Below are positions 1-9,187 of a DNA stretch of 29,669 nucleotides, one piece after another. Where the stretch lies: assembly GCA_010021705.1 (NCBI GenBank), contig RGMU01000001.1, positions 1 through 29,669 of the forward strand, read 5' to 3'. Origin of the DNA: Chitinophagia bacterium. GTDB lineage: Bacteria > Bacteroidota > Bacteroidia > Chitinophagales > Chitinophagaceae. Position 1 is the first letter of the stretch. Each line of letters begins with the position of its first letter. A program made the translations under genes and the position numbers. The notes below the pieces were generated by a model that saw nothing but the letters and a program-made list of their open reading frames with translations, did not search any database and was not told the DNA's origin.

Positions 1-1246
1 TTAGCGTATAGCTAAGCGATAGCCCCGCATCACGCGCTGTGGTAGCTAAAATATCTTTTAAAACCTTTTGCATATTTGAGCACATAGCAAATCTATGAGG
101 GTCGGCGCGGAGGAAGTAAGTACGGCGCGTGGTAGTGCTACCACCACCGGTAGAGCTAAAGGTTACTTTGCGGATGCAAACGTTAGTAATGTCTGCAATA
201 TACAAATTACCGGAGACATCTACGGCTACGCCAATGGGATCGGCAAGGCTTGCCGCAGTAGCGGCACCTCCATCACCACTATACCCATAACTACCATTAC
301 CCGCAATTGTGGTTATAACCCCGCTTGTATTCACTTTACGGATACGATGATTATGGGCATCTGCAATATAAACATTACCGGAGGCATCTACGGCTACGCC
401 TTGGGGATTATATAGGCTTGCAGCCGTAGCGGCACCTCCATCGCCACTATAACCATTACTACCATTACCCGCTATAGTGCTGATAACCCCGCTTGTGTTC
501 ACTTTGCGGATACGATAATTGTAATAGTCTGCAAAATATACATTACCGGAGGCATCTACGGCTACGCCGTTGGGGCTACGAAGGCTTGCAGCAGTAGCAG
601 CACCGCCATCGCCACTGTAACCATTACTACCATTACCGGCAATGGTGCTGATAATCCCGCTTGTGTTCACTTTGCGGATGCGATTGTCATTGTATGAAAT
701 ATACACATTGCCGGAGGCATCTACGGCTACGCCGTAGGGATAATATAGGCTTGCAGCCGTAGCGGCACCGCCATCGCCACTATACCCATAACTACTACCA
801 TTACCCGCTATAGTGCTGATAATCCCGCTTGTGTTCACTTTGCGGATGCGATTGTTATGAGTGTCGGCAATATAAACATTGCCGGAGGCATCTACGGCTA
901 CGCAGACAGGCTCATTAAGGCTTGCAGCCGTAGCGGCACCGCCGTCTCCGCTGTACCTACCGGATCCCCCACTGCCATAGCCATCACCGGCTATGGTGCT
1001 GATAATCCCACTGGTATTCACTTTGCGGATGCAATGGTCATCACGGTCTGCAATATACACATTACCGGAGGCATCTACGGCTACGCCGAAGGGATTGCTA
1101 AGACCAGCCGCCGTAGCCGCACCGCCATCGCCGCTAAAACCATGACTACCGTTACCGGCTATGGTGCTAATAACCTGCGCCTTAGCCCCCAGCGTACCGG
1201 CTAAGAAAAAGACGCTTAAAAGTAGTACTTTGCGAATTTCAGCCAT
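1..1246 (-). CDS. Secreted NHL-repeat (teneurin-like) beta-propeller protein; 3' end lies beyond the left edge of the window
   Basis: Translated by hand. ATG at 1246-1244: MAEIRKVLLLSVFFLAGTLGAKAQ (signal peptide), then six repeats of the form L-x-x-P-x-GVAVDASGNVYIAD-x-x-N-x-RIRKVNTSGIISTIAG, then a non-repeat domain (TFSSTGGGSTTTRRTYFLRADPH...). The frame has no stop down to base 1, which probably explains its absence from the ORF track. Confidence 0.92.
   Translation of the reverse strand, partial: MAEIRKVLLLSVFFLAGTLGAKAQVISTIAGNGSHGFSGDGGAATAAGLSNPFGVAVDASGNVYIADRDDHCIRKVNTSGIISTIAGDGYGSGGSGRYSGDGGAATAASLNEPVCVAVDASGNVYIADTHNNRIRKVNTSGIISTIAGNGSSYGYSGDGGAATAASLYYPYGVAVDASGNVYISYNDNRIRKVNTSGIISTIAGNGSNGYSGDGGAATAASLRSPNGVAVDASGNVYFADYYNYRIRKVNTSGVISTIAGNGSNGYSGDGGAATAASLYNPQGVAVDASGNVYIADAHNHRIRKVNTSGVITTIAGNGSYGYSGDGGAATAASLADPIGVAVDVSGNLYIADITNVCIRKVTFSSTGGGSTTTRRTYFLRADPHRFAMCSNMQKVLKDILATTARDAGLSLSYTL
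150..1175 (-). repeat. Six intragenic tandem repeats of 165-183 bp encoding the NHL blades
   Basis: The core atctacggctac recurs at 218, 386, 554, 719, 890 and 1073. Spacings are 168, 168, 165, 171 and 183, all multiples of 3. Confidence 0.95.
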
Positions 1247-1372
1247 CGCGGGGGAGGTATTCAGTTTAAATTTTCTGTGTAGCATGATTGATTAAATTTG
1301 CGGTAAATTTAGACGTAGAAATTATAACTTGCAAGTGGTTACAAAAAGATAATGTACTACAAATAATCCACG

Positions 1373-2080
1373 CTATTCTTTCAACAAATCTTCTATATCG
1401 TCATCACCGCTAAGGTTGTTGCTGTGGTTTAATATTTTAGGGTATTTATGGGCTACAAAGCGGCTCATGGGTTTTACGGTAAACCGCTTGGGGTTGGGTA
1501 GGCAGGCTATTATTTGGGCAGCTTCCGTGGCATTAAGTGCCTTGGCGGGCTTATGAAAATAGGCTTGTGATGCTGCCTCTATGCCGTAAATGCCGGGACC
1601 CATTTCTATCACATTAAGATACACTTCCAATATGCGCTGCTTGCCCCATATCCATTCAATAAGCTGTGTGTAAACAAATTCGGGTGCTTTTCTTACATAC
1701 CTAAACACACCCTTGCCCTGCCATAAAAACACATTTTTTGCCGTTTGCTGGCTTATCGTGCTGGCACCTGCCCCTTTGGGCACTTTTTGCTTGCGCCTGC
1801 CTCTTTGCTTGCCTTGCAGGCTTTTATCCATAGCCTCCCAATCAAAGCCCCCGTGTTCGGCAAATCGCTGGTCTTCGCTGGCAAGGGCTGCCAATTTTAC
1901 GCAGCGCGGTATTGCGCTCCACCCCACATAGCTACGCTTAATGCCTCCGTAGGCTATGGCATCGCCTATTTGGGTAATGGTGATAGGGGGCATCAGCCAC
2001 TTACACAGCACCAAATACACCACCGATGACAAAAAGAGCCACCCTATAATACGTAATATTCTTAATAGCAGTTTTTTCAT
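1373..2080 (-). CDS. mtgA: Monofunctional biosynthetic peptidoglycan transglycosylase
   Basis: GT51 motifs SEDQRF..H.GFD, GASTISQQTAKN, RILEVYLN, GIYGIEAASQAYF and LPNP; N-terminal TM helix. Start moved to MKKLLL at 2080. Confidence 0.93.
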   Translation of the reverse strand: MKKLLLRILRIIGWLFLSSVVYLVLCKWLMPPITITQIGDAIAYGGIKRSYVGWSAIPRCVKLAALASEDQRFAEHGGFDWEAMDKSLQGKQRGRRKQKVPKGAGASTISQQTAKNVFLWQGKGVFRYVRKAPEFVYTQLIEWIWGKQRILEVYLNVIEMGPGIYGIEAASQAYFHKPAKALNATEAAQIIACLPNPKRFTVKPMSRFVAHKYPKILNHSNNLSGDDDIEDLLKE

Positions 2081-2170
2081 ATTAAAACTATTTCTATATT
2101 TGCATCCCAGTAGCAATTAACCGGCAAATATTAGCATTGCCTCCACTTATTATCTCTATTTCCTTGCGGG

Positions 2171-2178
2171 CAAAAATA
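2171..2178 (-). promoter_or_regulatory. Bacteroidota sigma70 -7 element (TATTTTTG) upstream of mtgA
   Basis: Matches TAnnTTTG on the minus strand, about 90 nt upstream of the start codon. Confidence 0.5.
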
Positions 2179-2329
2179 AGAGCTTAAAAAATTTCCGCCT
2201 CAAAAATATACTCTAATATACCCTTTATTGTTTATTATTTCTTATATATCCTTTTCTTAAAGGGAGGGGTAAATCGTAGAAATAACACAAATGTAAAAAA
2301 TACGTAATATGTAGTTGAACTGCATATAG

Positions 2330-2337
2330 TAGTTTTG
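2330..2337 (+). promoter_or_regulatory. -7 element (TAGTTTTG) upstream of the 150-aa ORF
   Basis: Matches TAnnTTTG, 37 nt upstream of ATG 2375. Confidence 0.55.
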
Positions 2338-2374
2338 CAGCGCAATTAACAAGTTAAGACAAGATAACAACAAC

Positions 2375-2827
2375 ATGACCCAGGAAACTATTCAAAATGC
2401 CATTAAAGCTATTATGGCTTCTATGATAGCAGCAGGCGAAGCTTTTTTGACAACAAGCGAAATGGAGCACATTATCCTTTTTAAGCAGGATATGAAAAGT
2501 ATTCGTTCCTTTGTTGACACCGTGAGGCTACACAGGGGCGAAAAAGGCTTACACTTAGGCGACCCTGCCAAAAAAATGTATAAAATAGCAGGAGGCATTA
2601 TAGAACATGAAGACGAGATAGCCGAAGAGAAAAAGAAAAGTGCCGGTAGTGTAAAAATTAGCAAATTAGAGGATAATAAAAAAATACTAATAGAGGAATG
2701 GAAAAACTGCTTTTCTGTATCGGCACTGCAAAAGTTAGAAAAGCAACTTTGCGACTATGATTATGGTAAAGTGCCGGAATTTGTGCTCCAAAATTTCTTA
2801 AAAAGAGCTTCCGTTGCCGATAAATAA
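2375..2827 (+). CDS. Hypothetical helical protein, possible degenerate half-CHAD domain
   Basis: 150-aa ORF with its own promoter element. IILFKQDMKSIRSF...KKMYKIAGGII resembles the CHAD pattern IHxFRVxxKxLRAF...KxLxxxAGxIR, but the His and Arg residues are altered. Confidence 0.5.
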   Translation: MTQETIQNAIKAIMASMIAAGEAFLTTSEMEHIILFKQDMKSIRSFVDTVRLHRGEKGLHLGDPAKKMYKIAGGIIEHEDEIAEEKKKSAGSVKISKLEDNKKILIEEWKNCFSVSALQKLEKQLCDYDYGKVPEFVLQNFLKRASVADK

Positions 2828-3108
2828 CCGATAACCCGGAGTAAGATTAGTGCACCCATTAAGCGTTGGTAGGCAAGCCGGAATTGTCCAATTATTCCCC
2901 TATCTTTACGCAATAATCGCTCTGTTGCACTGCAACGCAACAATTCGTTTATCTACTTTGTATTTATGAAGCAGTTAGATGAAGAAGCAGGAATATTTAT
3001 TGCTGTAGTAATAGCTATTCTATAAATAAGTTAAGAGGCGATTTACAGTAGGGGTTTATATATAAATGCTGCAACAAGAGTTAAAAATCACACAATATAA
3101 AATAAGTA

Positions 3109-3888
3109 ATGGAAATAGCCGATGTATTAAAAACTGCCACGCTTTATGCCGGCAACATTATTCAAAGCCACTTTAACGGTAGTTTTGACATTGCGCATAA
3201 AGAAGGTATCAACAACTTGGTAACGGAAATTGACCTGCTATGCGAGCAAAAAATAATAGCCACTATTAAGCAGTTTTTTCCGCAACATAGCATTATTAGC
3301 GAAGAGAGCGGAAAGCATATACAACACAGCGAATATCAATGGATTATAGACCCGATAGACGGCACGGTCAATTTTGCTCACGGTATTCCGCTATGCTGTG
3401 TAAGCATTGGTGTGTTGCATAACAATGAGTTGCTTTGCGGGGCTGTGTATAACCCCATGATGAACGAATTTTTTTATGCCCATAAGGGGCAAGGAGCTAC
3501 CCTTAACGGCAATAAAATAAGTGTATCTTCAAAAACCGACTTTGACAAAGCCTGCTTGGTAACGGGCTTCCCTTACAAGTGGCCTGATGATAGTAAAGAA
3601 CATCCAATAAAGGTATTTGAACGTTTTATACAGCAAGGGCTACCGGTTAGGCGTTTAGGGTCGGCGGCAATAGACCTTTGCTGGGTGGCTTGTGGCAGGT
3701 TTGACGGCTTTTGGGAATACAACCTTAGCCCGTGGGATGTGGCAGCCGGATACCTGATAGTAGAAGAAGCCGGAGGCAAAGTAAGTGCCTTTAATGGCTC
3801 TGCCTATAGCGTGTATGACAAAGAAACCCTTGCTACCAATGGGCACATTCACCAAGCCATGTTAGATAAGATAAATAATAGCAGATAA
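3109..3888 (+). CDS. suhB: Inositol monophosphatase family protein
   Basis: Motifs LVTEID, EE...WIIDPIDGTVNFAHG, RRLGSAAIDLCWVACG and WDVAAG. Confidence 0.93.
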   Translation: MEIADVLKTATLYAGNIIQSHFNGSFDIAHKEGINNLVTEIDLLCEQKIIATIKQFFPQHSIISEESGKHIQHSEYQWIIDPIDGTVNFAHGIPLCCVSIGVLHNNELLCGAVYNPMMNEFFYAHKGQGATLNGNKISVSSKTDFDKACLVTGFPYKWPDDSKEHPIKVFERFIQQGLPVRRLGSAAIDLCWVACGRFDGFWEYNLSPWDVAAGYLIVEEAGGKVSAFNGSAYSVYDKETLATNGHIHQAMLDKINNSR

Positions 3889-3910
3889 GTTGGTTAGCTC
3901 TAAAAACAAA

Positions 3911-3932
3911 AAAGTACCTTAAAAGGTACTTT
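3911..3932. terminator. Bidirectional hairpin between the convergent suhB and tRNA-His
   Basis: AAAGTACCTT-AA-AAGGTACTTT is a perfect inverted repeat with a flanking A tract. Confidence 0.75.
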
Positions 3933-3940
3933 GATAAGCG

Positions 3941-4015
3941 GGAGGCTGAAGGGTCTCGAACCCTCGACCCTCAGAACCACAATCTGATGCTCTAACCAAC
4001 TGAGCTACAGCCTCC
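3941..4015 (-). tRNA. tRNA-His(GTG), with encoded G-1 and C73; CCA not encoded
   Basis: Minus strand folds as G GAGGCTG TA GCTC AGTTGGTTA GAGC A TCAGA TTGTGGT TCTGA GGGTC GAGGG TTCGAGA CCCTT CAGCCTC C. Complete cloverleaf, anticodon GTG. Confidence 0.96.
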
Positions 4016-4032
4016 ATGTTACTTTGGGAGCG

Positions 4033-4040
4033 CAAAGATA
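4033..4040 (-). promoter_or_regulatory. -7 element (TATCTTTG) of tRNA-His
   Basis: Consensus TAnnTTTG, 17 nt upstream of the tRNA. Confidence 0.75.
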
Positions 4041-4080
4041 CAATAATTTGATGTTTATACCAACATTCTGCCCTTAAATT

Positions 4081-4320
4081 TTATTTTTTTCCGCACCGTT
4101 GCTCTATAAAGTCGCTTGTGGTGAGCAGAAGGTCGTAAGGGAGTTTGCAATCGGGGTCTGTGGCATCATATCTGCCTATAGATGCCCACTTCATAAAGCA
4201 CCTTTCCTCCCCCGCAATATTTACCTCAAAATGCACGCCGTCTCGCTTGTGCACTTCTATTATGGCAATGGCTAAACGCTTGCCTGCGTGTACAATTTCT
4301 CCGGTATAGCTTCTGGGCAT
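4081..4320 (-). CDS. Small hypothetical protein (79 aa)
   Basis: ATG-started ORF with globular composition that fills the gap between hppA and tRNA-His on the same strand. No motif recognised. Confidence 0.6.
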   Translation of the reverse strand: MPRSYTGEIVHAGKRLAIAIIEVHKRDGVHFEVNIAGEERCFMKWASIGRYDATDPDCKLPYDLLLTTSDFIEQRCGKK

Positions 4321-4469
4321 AGCAAGATATGTTTAATGGTACTATATTTATGTAGGAAAACAACACCTAATGGGCGTAGTTTTCGGTACAAAGCTAAAAA
4401 GGATATTGTAAAAAAGCGGTCAGGATATTTCCATGACCGCTTTTTAATATTTGCAATGTTAATTTTTGC

Positions 4470-6665
4470 TTATTTTTGTGTACCAATAGCTACTTGAGAG
4501 TGTTCTACTACCGGTTTTATGCTTGCCTTTTTGGCAGGGTTTACAGTGGCTATTGTAGGGGCTATTACAAGAGCTACAATAGACATCAACTTAATTAAAA
4601 TGTTCATAGACGGACCTGATGTATCCTTGAACGGGTCGCCTACTGTATCACCGGTTACAGATGCTTTGTGTGGTTCAGATTTTTTATAGTATATCTGTCC
4701 GTTAATTTCTACACCTTTTTCAAATGATTTTTTGGCATTATCCCATGCACCTCCTGCATTGTTTTGGAACATACCCATCAACACACCACAAACCGTGGCA
4801 CCGGCTAAAAAGCCACCTAACGACTCGGCACCTAAGCCGGGCATAAAGCCAATGATAATAGGAGATATAATAGCAATGGCACCCGGAGCTATCATTTTGC
4901 GAATGGAGGCTTGGGTTGATATGGCTACACACTTATCGTATTCAGGTTTGCCGGTACCCTCCATAATGCCGGGAATGGTTCTAAATTGACGGCGAACTTC
5001 TTCTACCATGCTCATCGCAGCTTCGCCTACGGCGCGTATCGCTAAAGAAGAGAAGATGAACGGTATCATACCGCCTACAAACAGGCATGCTAATACGTTG
5101 GCTTTGTAAATGTCAATACCCTGAATACCGGCAACGCCCACAAAAGCAGCAAATAGAGCCAAAGCAGTTAAGGCAGCAGAGGCTATGGCAAAGCCTTTAC
5201 CGGTGGCAGCTGTGGTGTTGCCTACTGCGTCTAATATATCGGTTTTTTCACGCACTTCTTTGGGTAATTCGCTCATTTCAGCTATACCGCCTGCGTTGTC
5301 GGCAATAGGACCAAAAGCGTCTATGGCAAGCTGCATGGCTGTTGTTGCCATCATACCTGCTGCGGCTATTGCAACGCCGTATAAGCCTGCACAAAGATAA
5401 GAACCCCATATACCGCCTGCCAATACTATAATGGGCAATAGGGTACTTTCCATACCCACAGCCAAGCCGCCTATTATATTAGTAGCGTGCCCCGTGCTGG
5501 ACTGTCTAATTATACTTAATACGGGGCGTTTACCCATAGCGGTATAATATTCGGTTATCATGCTCATTAGTGTACCCACCACTAAGCCCACCATTATAGC
5601 ACCAAATACGCCACCACGTGTAAACGAGATGCCTCTAAGCTCCATACTGCCATCGGGGAGTATATAGTTAACTAAAAAATAGCAGCCAACAGCCGTAAGC
5701 ACAATAGAACCCCAGTTGCCCATGTTCAACGCATTTTGAACGGCTTGTGCGCTTAGCTTGGCACTGTCTGATATGCGCACAAACAGCGTGCCTATCATAG
5801 AAAATAAAATGCCAAAGCCGGCTATCAACATCGGAAGCAAAATGGGGGAATAACCGCCAAAGTTGTCGCCGGAGGCGATTACTTCACGCCCCAACACCAT
5901 TGTGGCTAATACAGTTGCCACATAAGAGCCAAATAGGTCGGCACCCATACCTGCCACATCACCTACGTTATCGCCCACGTTGTCGGCAATGGTGGCGGGG
6001 TTGCGGGGGTCATCTTCCGGTATGCCGGCTTCTACTTTACCCACAAGGTCTGCCCCTACGTCTGCGGCTTTGGTGTATATACCGCCACCCACACGTGCAA
6101 AAAGCGCAATGCTTTCTGCACCTAAAGAGAAGCCGGTAAGCACCTCAATGGTACGTTCCATTTCTTCGCTGTTTACGCTTGCATCTTTGGCAAATATCAT
6201 TTTTAGAATGATAAATAAACTACCTAAGCCAAGCACGGCTAATCCTGCCACGCCCAAGCCCATTACCGAACCACCGCCAAACGAAATGTTTAACGCTTTG
6301 GAAAGGCTGGTTTTAGCAGCTTCTGCCGTTCTAACGTTTGCCTTTGTGGCTATGCGCATACCTATAAAGCCTGCCAATGCACTTAGCACTGCGCCTATCA
6401 CAAAAGCACCCGCTATCATGGGGCTAGATTTGGGGTTGCTGCTACCCATTATGCCTAATAAAATGGAGGCTATTAGCACAAAGCCTCCCAATATTTTGTA
6501 TTCTGCTTGCAAAAATGCCATAGCACCTTCGGCTATATAGGTAGAAATTTCTTTCATGCGTTCATTGCCGGCACTATGCTTTGTAACCCATGCACCCTTT
6601 ACCGCTGTGTAAAGCAATGCAACAGCACCAAATACGGGCACCAAATAGAACAAAGAATTCATCAT
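4470..6665 (-). CDS. hppA: Membrane-integral cation-pumping pyrophosphatase, K+-dependent type
   Basis: Motifs [70 protein letters not shown] and [14 protein letters not shown]; many TM helices. Confidence 0.97.
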   Translation of the reverse strand: MMNSLFYLVPVFGAVALLYTAVKGAWVTKHSAGNERMKEISTYIAEGAMAFLQAEYKILGGFVLIASILLGIMGSSNPKSSPMIAGAFVIGAVLSALAGFIGMRIATKANVRTAEAAKTSLSKALNISFGGGSVMGLGVAGLAVLGLGSLFIILKMIFAKDASVNSEEMERTIEVLTGFSLGAESIALFARVGGGIYTKAADVGADLVGKVEAGIPEDDPRNPATIADNVGDNVGDVAGMGADLFGSYVATVLATMVLGREVIASGDNFGGYSPILLPMLIAGFGILFSMIGTLFVRISDSAKLSAQAVQNALNMGNWGSIVLTAVGCYFLVNYILPDGSMELRGISFTRGGVFGAIMVGLVVGTLMSMITEYYTAMGKRPVLSIIRQSSTGHATNIIGGLAVGMESTLLPIIVLAGGIWGSYLCAGLYGVAIAAAGMMATTAMQLAIDAFGPIADNAGGIAEMSELPKEVREKTDILDAVGNTTAATGKGFAIASAALTALALFAAFVGVAGIQGIDIYKANVLACLFVGGMIPFIFSSLAIRAVGEAAMSMVEEVRRQFRTIPGIMEGTGKPEYDKCVAISTQASIRKMIAPGAIAIISPIIIGFMPGLGAESLGGFLAGATVCGVLMGMFQNNAGGAWDNAKKSFEKGVEINGQIYYKKSEPHKASVTGDTVGDPFKDTSGPSMNILIKLMSIVALVIAPTIATVNPAKKASIKPVVEHSQVAIGTQK

Positions 6666-6704
6666 AAGTATGTAATGATTGTATAATTATCGGTTAATTG
6701 CGCG

Positions 6705-6712
6705 CAAAGATA
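6705..6712 (-). promoter_or_regulatory. -7 element (TATCTTTG) of hppA
   Basis: Consensus TAnnTTTG, about 40 nt upstream of the ATG. Confidence 0.7.
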
Positions 6713-6896
6713 GTAGTTTGAACCAATAATTTATAGATGTGGTAATGTAAACAGATAGAAACCTCAATACTATAATTAATAGGTGTAAAATAAACCTTAG
6801 TTAATGTGGCTTTATATTGCTGGGCGAAGCTCACAAGTTTTAGCCAAACGAAGGGTATGTTTATGGCTGTAACAACCCATAACCGTTTCCATTTCC

Positions 6897-9056
6897 CTAC
6901 TCCACAATAGTCATTTCGTTGAGTAACCTGCCCGCACCGCCAAATTTGTCTATAATAAATAAGGTGTAGCGAATGTCAACGGCTATGTTGCGGCAGCGGC
7001 GGAGGTCAAACCAATAGTCGCTCATGGTGCCTTCGTAGGTGCGGTCAAAGTTTGTGCCTATCAATTCGCCTTTGCTGTTCAGCACGGGGCTGCCGGAGTT
7101 GCCACCGGTGGTGTGGTTGGTGGCTACAAACGCAACGGGCACTGTGCCTTCTGCGGTTTTCCACCTGCCATAGTCTTTTTTATCGTGTAGGTCTATGAGC
7201 TTAAAGGGGGCATTATACCAGCTAACAGAGGGGTTGTGGTGGGCTACTACATCGTCAATATTAGTTTGCCATTGATACTTTTTGCGCTTGCCATCCGGCT
7301 TTAAGCCCGACACATTGCCGTAGGCTAAGCGAAGGGTAAAGTTGGCATCCGGAAAAAAGTCTTTGGCAGTGTCATACGCCATTTGCGCCTTCATGTATAG
7401 GCGGTTTAGGTAGCGTTTTTGCTTGTAGTAGGCTTGTATGCCCGGGGTAACGTTTTGCTTGCGATAGTTGGCTATGGCACTAAACAACTGCCATCCGGGG
7501 TCGTTTATCAGCTTGTTGCTGTCGTCCAAATAGGCATTTTCGGCAAACCGCTTGAGGAGCAATCCGTTGGCAAAAATAGAATTTTGGAACACTACCTTAG
7601 CCCACTTTTTGTAGTTTTTCTTATACAGTTTGTGCTTTCTCACATAAAAATCAGGCATTTGTTTTTTGCAATTTTTAATGTAGAGTGGCATCAGGGCTTC
7701 AAACAGAGCTTGGTCGGTGGCGGGGTCGTAGTTTTTGTAAAAGCCGTCAAGTGCGGTTACATATTTTTTGAGCGAATCTTCCAGTAGCAGGGCATTGGGT
7801 GCTTTTCTAAAGGCAGCGAGCATTTTTTCGCCATTGGCAGCCACTTGCAGCAGTTCAATAGCCATTAGGTCTTCGTTAATGTGCCTGTCCACAAATAGCA
7901 AGTCTTCTGCGTTGTTGGCTATGCGTTTGAGTGCAGGGAGTAGCGTATCTGCATAAGGGAAGGCATTTTGTGCGCTTGCCCACTTTTGAAAACCGGCTTC
8001 ATATTTACGCTTCTTTTTAGCAGCTTTGTTAATTTCTAAGCCGCGCACTTCACCCTGCCATTTTTTCCAGCCATTGGCTACGCCTGCACGCTTAGATGTA
8101 TATTTTAAGAAAATATTTCTGTCGGCATCCATGTGCTTTGTCCACACGTCCAATTTTTTAGTGCGTGCTTCTATGCTAATAGGGTCTAATATTTGGTAAA
8201 CGTGCTTTAGCTCATAGCTGGAGATGTACTCTTGCGTGGAGCCGGGATAGCCATATACCATTGTAAAGTCGCCTTCGTGATAGCCGTGTGCATTAAGGGT
8301 AAAATATACTTGGGGCTGAAAGGGCACATTAGAGGCGGAATAAGGGGCGGGTTGGTTTTCGGTGTTTACGTAAATGCGAAACATAGAAAAGTCGCCGGTA
8401 TGGCGGGGCCACACCCAGTTTTCGTCATCACCGCCAAAGCTACCTATGCTATTGGGCGGGAAGGCTACAAGGCGAATGTCTTTATACACTTCTCTGATAG
8501 ACACCCAATATTGGTTACCGTTATAATAGGGCTGTATTAGGGCATCTAAGCCTGTTTGTGTTTTATATTTTTCTTCTAAATTGTGAATGCGCTCTGCAAT
8601 TTTTACCTCGCGTTCGCTGTCGTTAATTATATCGGGAATACCGTTTAATACTTCATTGGTAACGTCTTCTACTTTGCGGGTGATTGTAACCGTTAGTCCG
8701 GGGCAGGGCAATTCTTCAGTATTGGTCTTTGCAAAAAAACCATTTGCAAAATAGTCTTTTTCGGGAGAGCTAAGCCCTTGCACCGTTCCGTAGGCGCAGT
8801 GGTGGTTGGTGAGTAGCAGCCCATTTTTAGAAATTATTTCACCGGTGCAGCCACTGCCAAACTGCACCACCGCATTGTTTAGCCCCGTGCCGGCTCTGTT
8901 ATAAATAGCCGATGCGGGTATTTCCAAGCCCATTTCGCGCATGAGTGGCTCTTGCTTATTTAACAGTGCGGGTAGCCACATACCGCCCCGTGCCATAGCA
9001 GGACAAATGCTAAATAATTGATAAAAAAAGAATGCCAATATGGCTTTAGAGTACAT
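6897..9056 (-). CDS. S46 family dipeptidyl peptidase, DPP11-like (Asp/Glu-specific)
   Basis: Motifs GGMWLP, GCTGEIIS..GLLLTNHHC (His), TGDFSMFR (Asp) and TGGNSGSPV (Ser). NFDRTYEG has Arg at the S1 position. Start probably at 9056 (MYSKAIL...) rather than 9086. Confidence 0.92.
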   Translation of the reverse strand: MYSKAILAFFFYQLFSICPAMARGGMWLPALLNKQEPLMREMGLEIPASAIYNRAGTGLNNAVVQFGSGCTGEIISKNGLLLTNHHCAYGTVQGLSSPEKDYFANGFFAKTNTEELPCPGLTVTITRKVEDVTNEVLNGIPDIINDSEREVKIAERIHNLEEKYKTQTGLDALIQPYYNGNQYWVSIREVYKDIRLVAFPPNSIGSFGGDDENWVWPRHTGDFSMFRIYVNTENQPAPYSASNVPFQPQVYFTLNAHGYHEGDFTMVYGYPGSTQEYISSYELKHVYQILDPISIEARTKKLDVWTKHMDADRNIFLKYTSKRAGVANGWKKWQGEVRGLEINKAAKKKRKYEAGFQKWASAQNAFPYADTLLPALKRIANNAEDLLFVDRHINEDLMAIELLQVAANGEKMLAAFRKAPNALLLEDSLKKYVTALDGFYKNYDPATDQALFEALMPLYIKNCKKQMPDFYVRKHKLYKKNYKKWAKVVFQNSIFANGLLLKRFAENAYLDDSNKLINDPGWQLFSAIANYRKQNVTPGIQAYYKQKRYLNRLYMKAQMAYDTAKDFFPDANFTLRLAYGNVSGLKPDGKRKKYQWQTNIDDVVAHHNPSVSWYNAPFKLIDLHDKKDYGRWKTAEGTVPVAFVATNHTTGGNSGSPVLNSKGELIGTNFDRTYEGTMSDYWFDLRRCRNIAVDIRYTLFIIDKFGGAGRLLNEMTIVE

Positions 9057-9187
9057 TTTCTGAACCGATATATTAACGCGTAGCATAAGTAGAAAACCAA
9101 AAAACGAAATAAATGTACAACATTGTGAACAAATTACGTAATTGTGCGTATATTAGCCGATTATTAGAGAATTTCTTGACCGGAAAT

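Noticed and set aside
150-1175. Regularly spaced repeats that could be mistaken for a CRISPR array
   Set aside because: The units are 165-183 bp, in frame and protein-coding; the spacers are homologous to each other; no cas genes are present.
95-1204. Plus-strand ORFs 95-415 and 857-1204 with repeated ITGGIYGYA
   Set aside because: They are antisense shadows of the minus-strand NHL gene, whose frame gives the canonical motif and a signal peptide.
2095-2102. Plus-strand TATATTTG just upstream of the mtgA start (possible antisense or sRNA promoter)
   Set aside because: A single 8-mer in AT-rich DNA with no structured RNA or terminator found downstream; likely chance.
4288-6540. Several ORFs opposite or inside hppA (4288-4497, 4732-4989, 5087-5400, 5900-6540)
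   Set aside because: They overlap a highly conserved gene and show no motifs; typical antisense or off-frame ORFs of hydrophobic genes.
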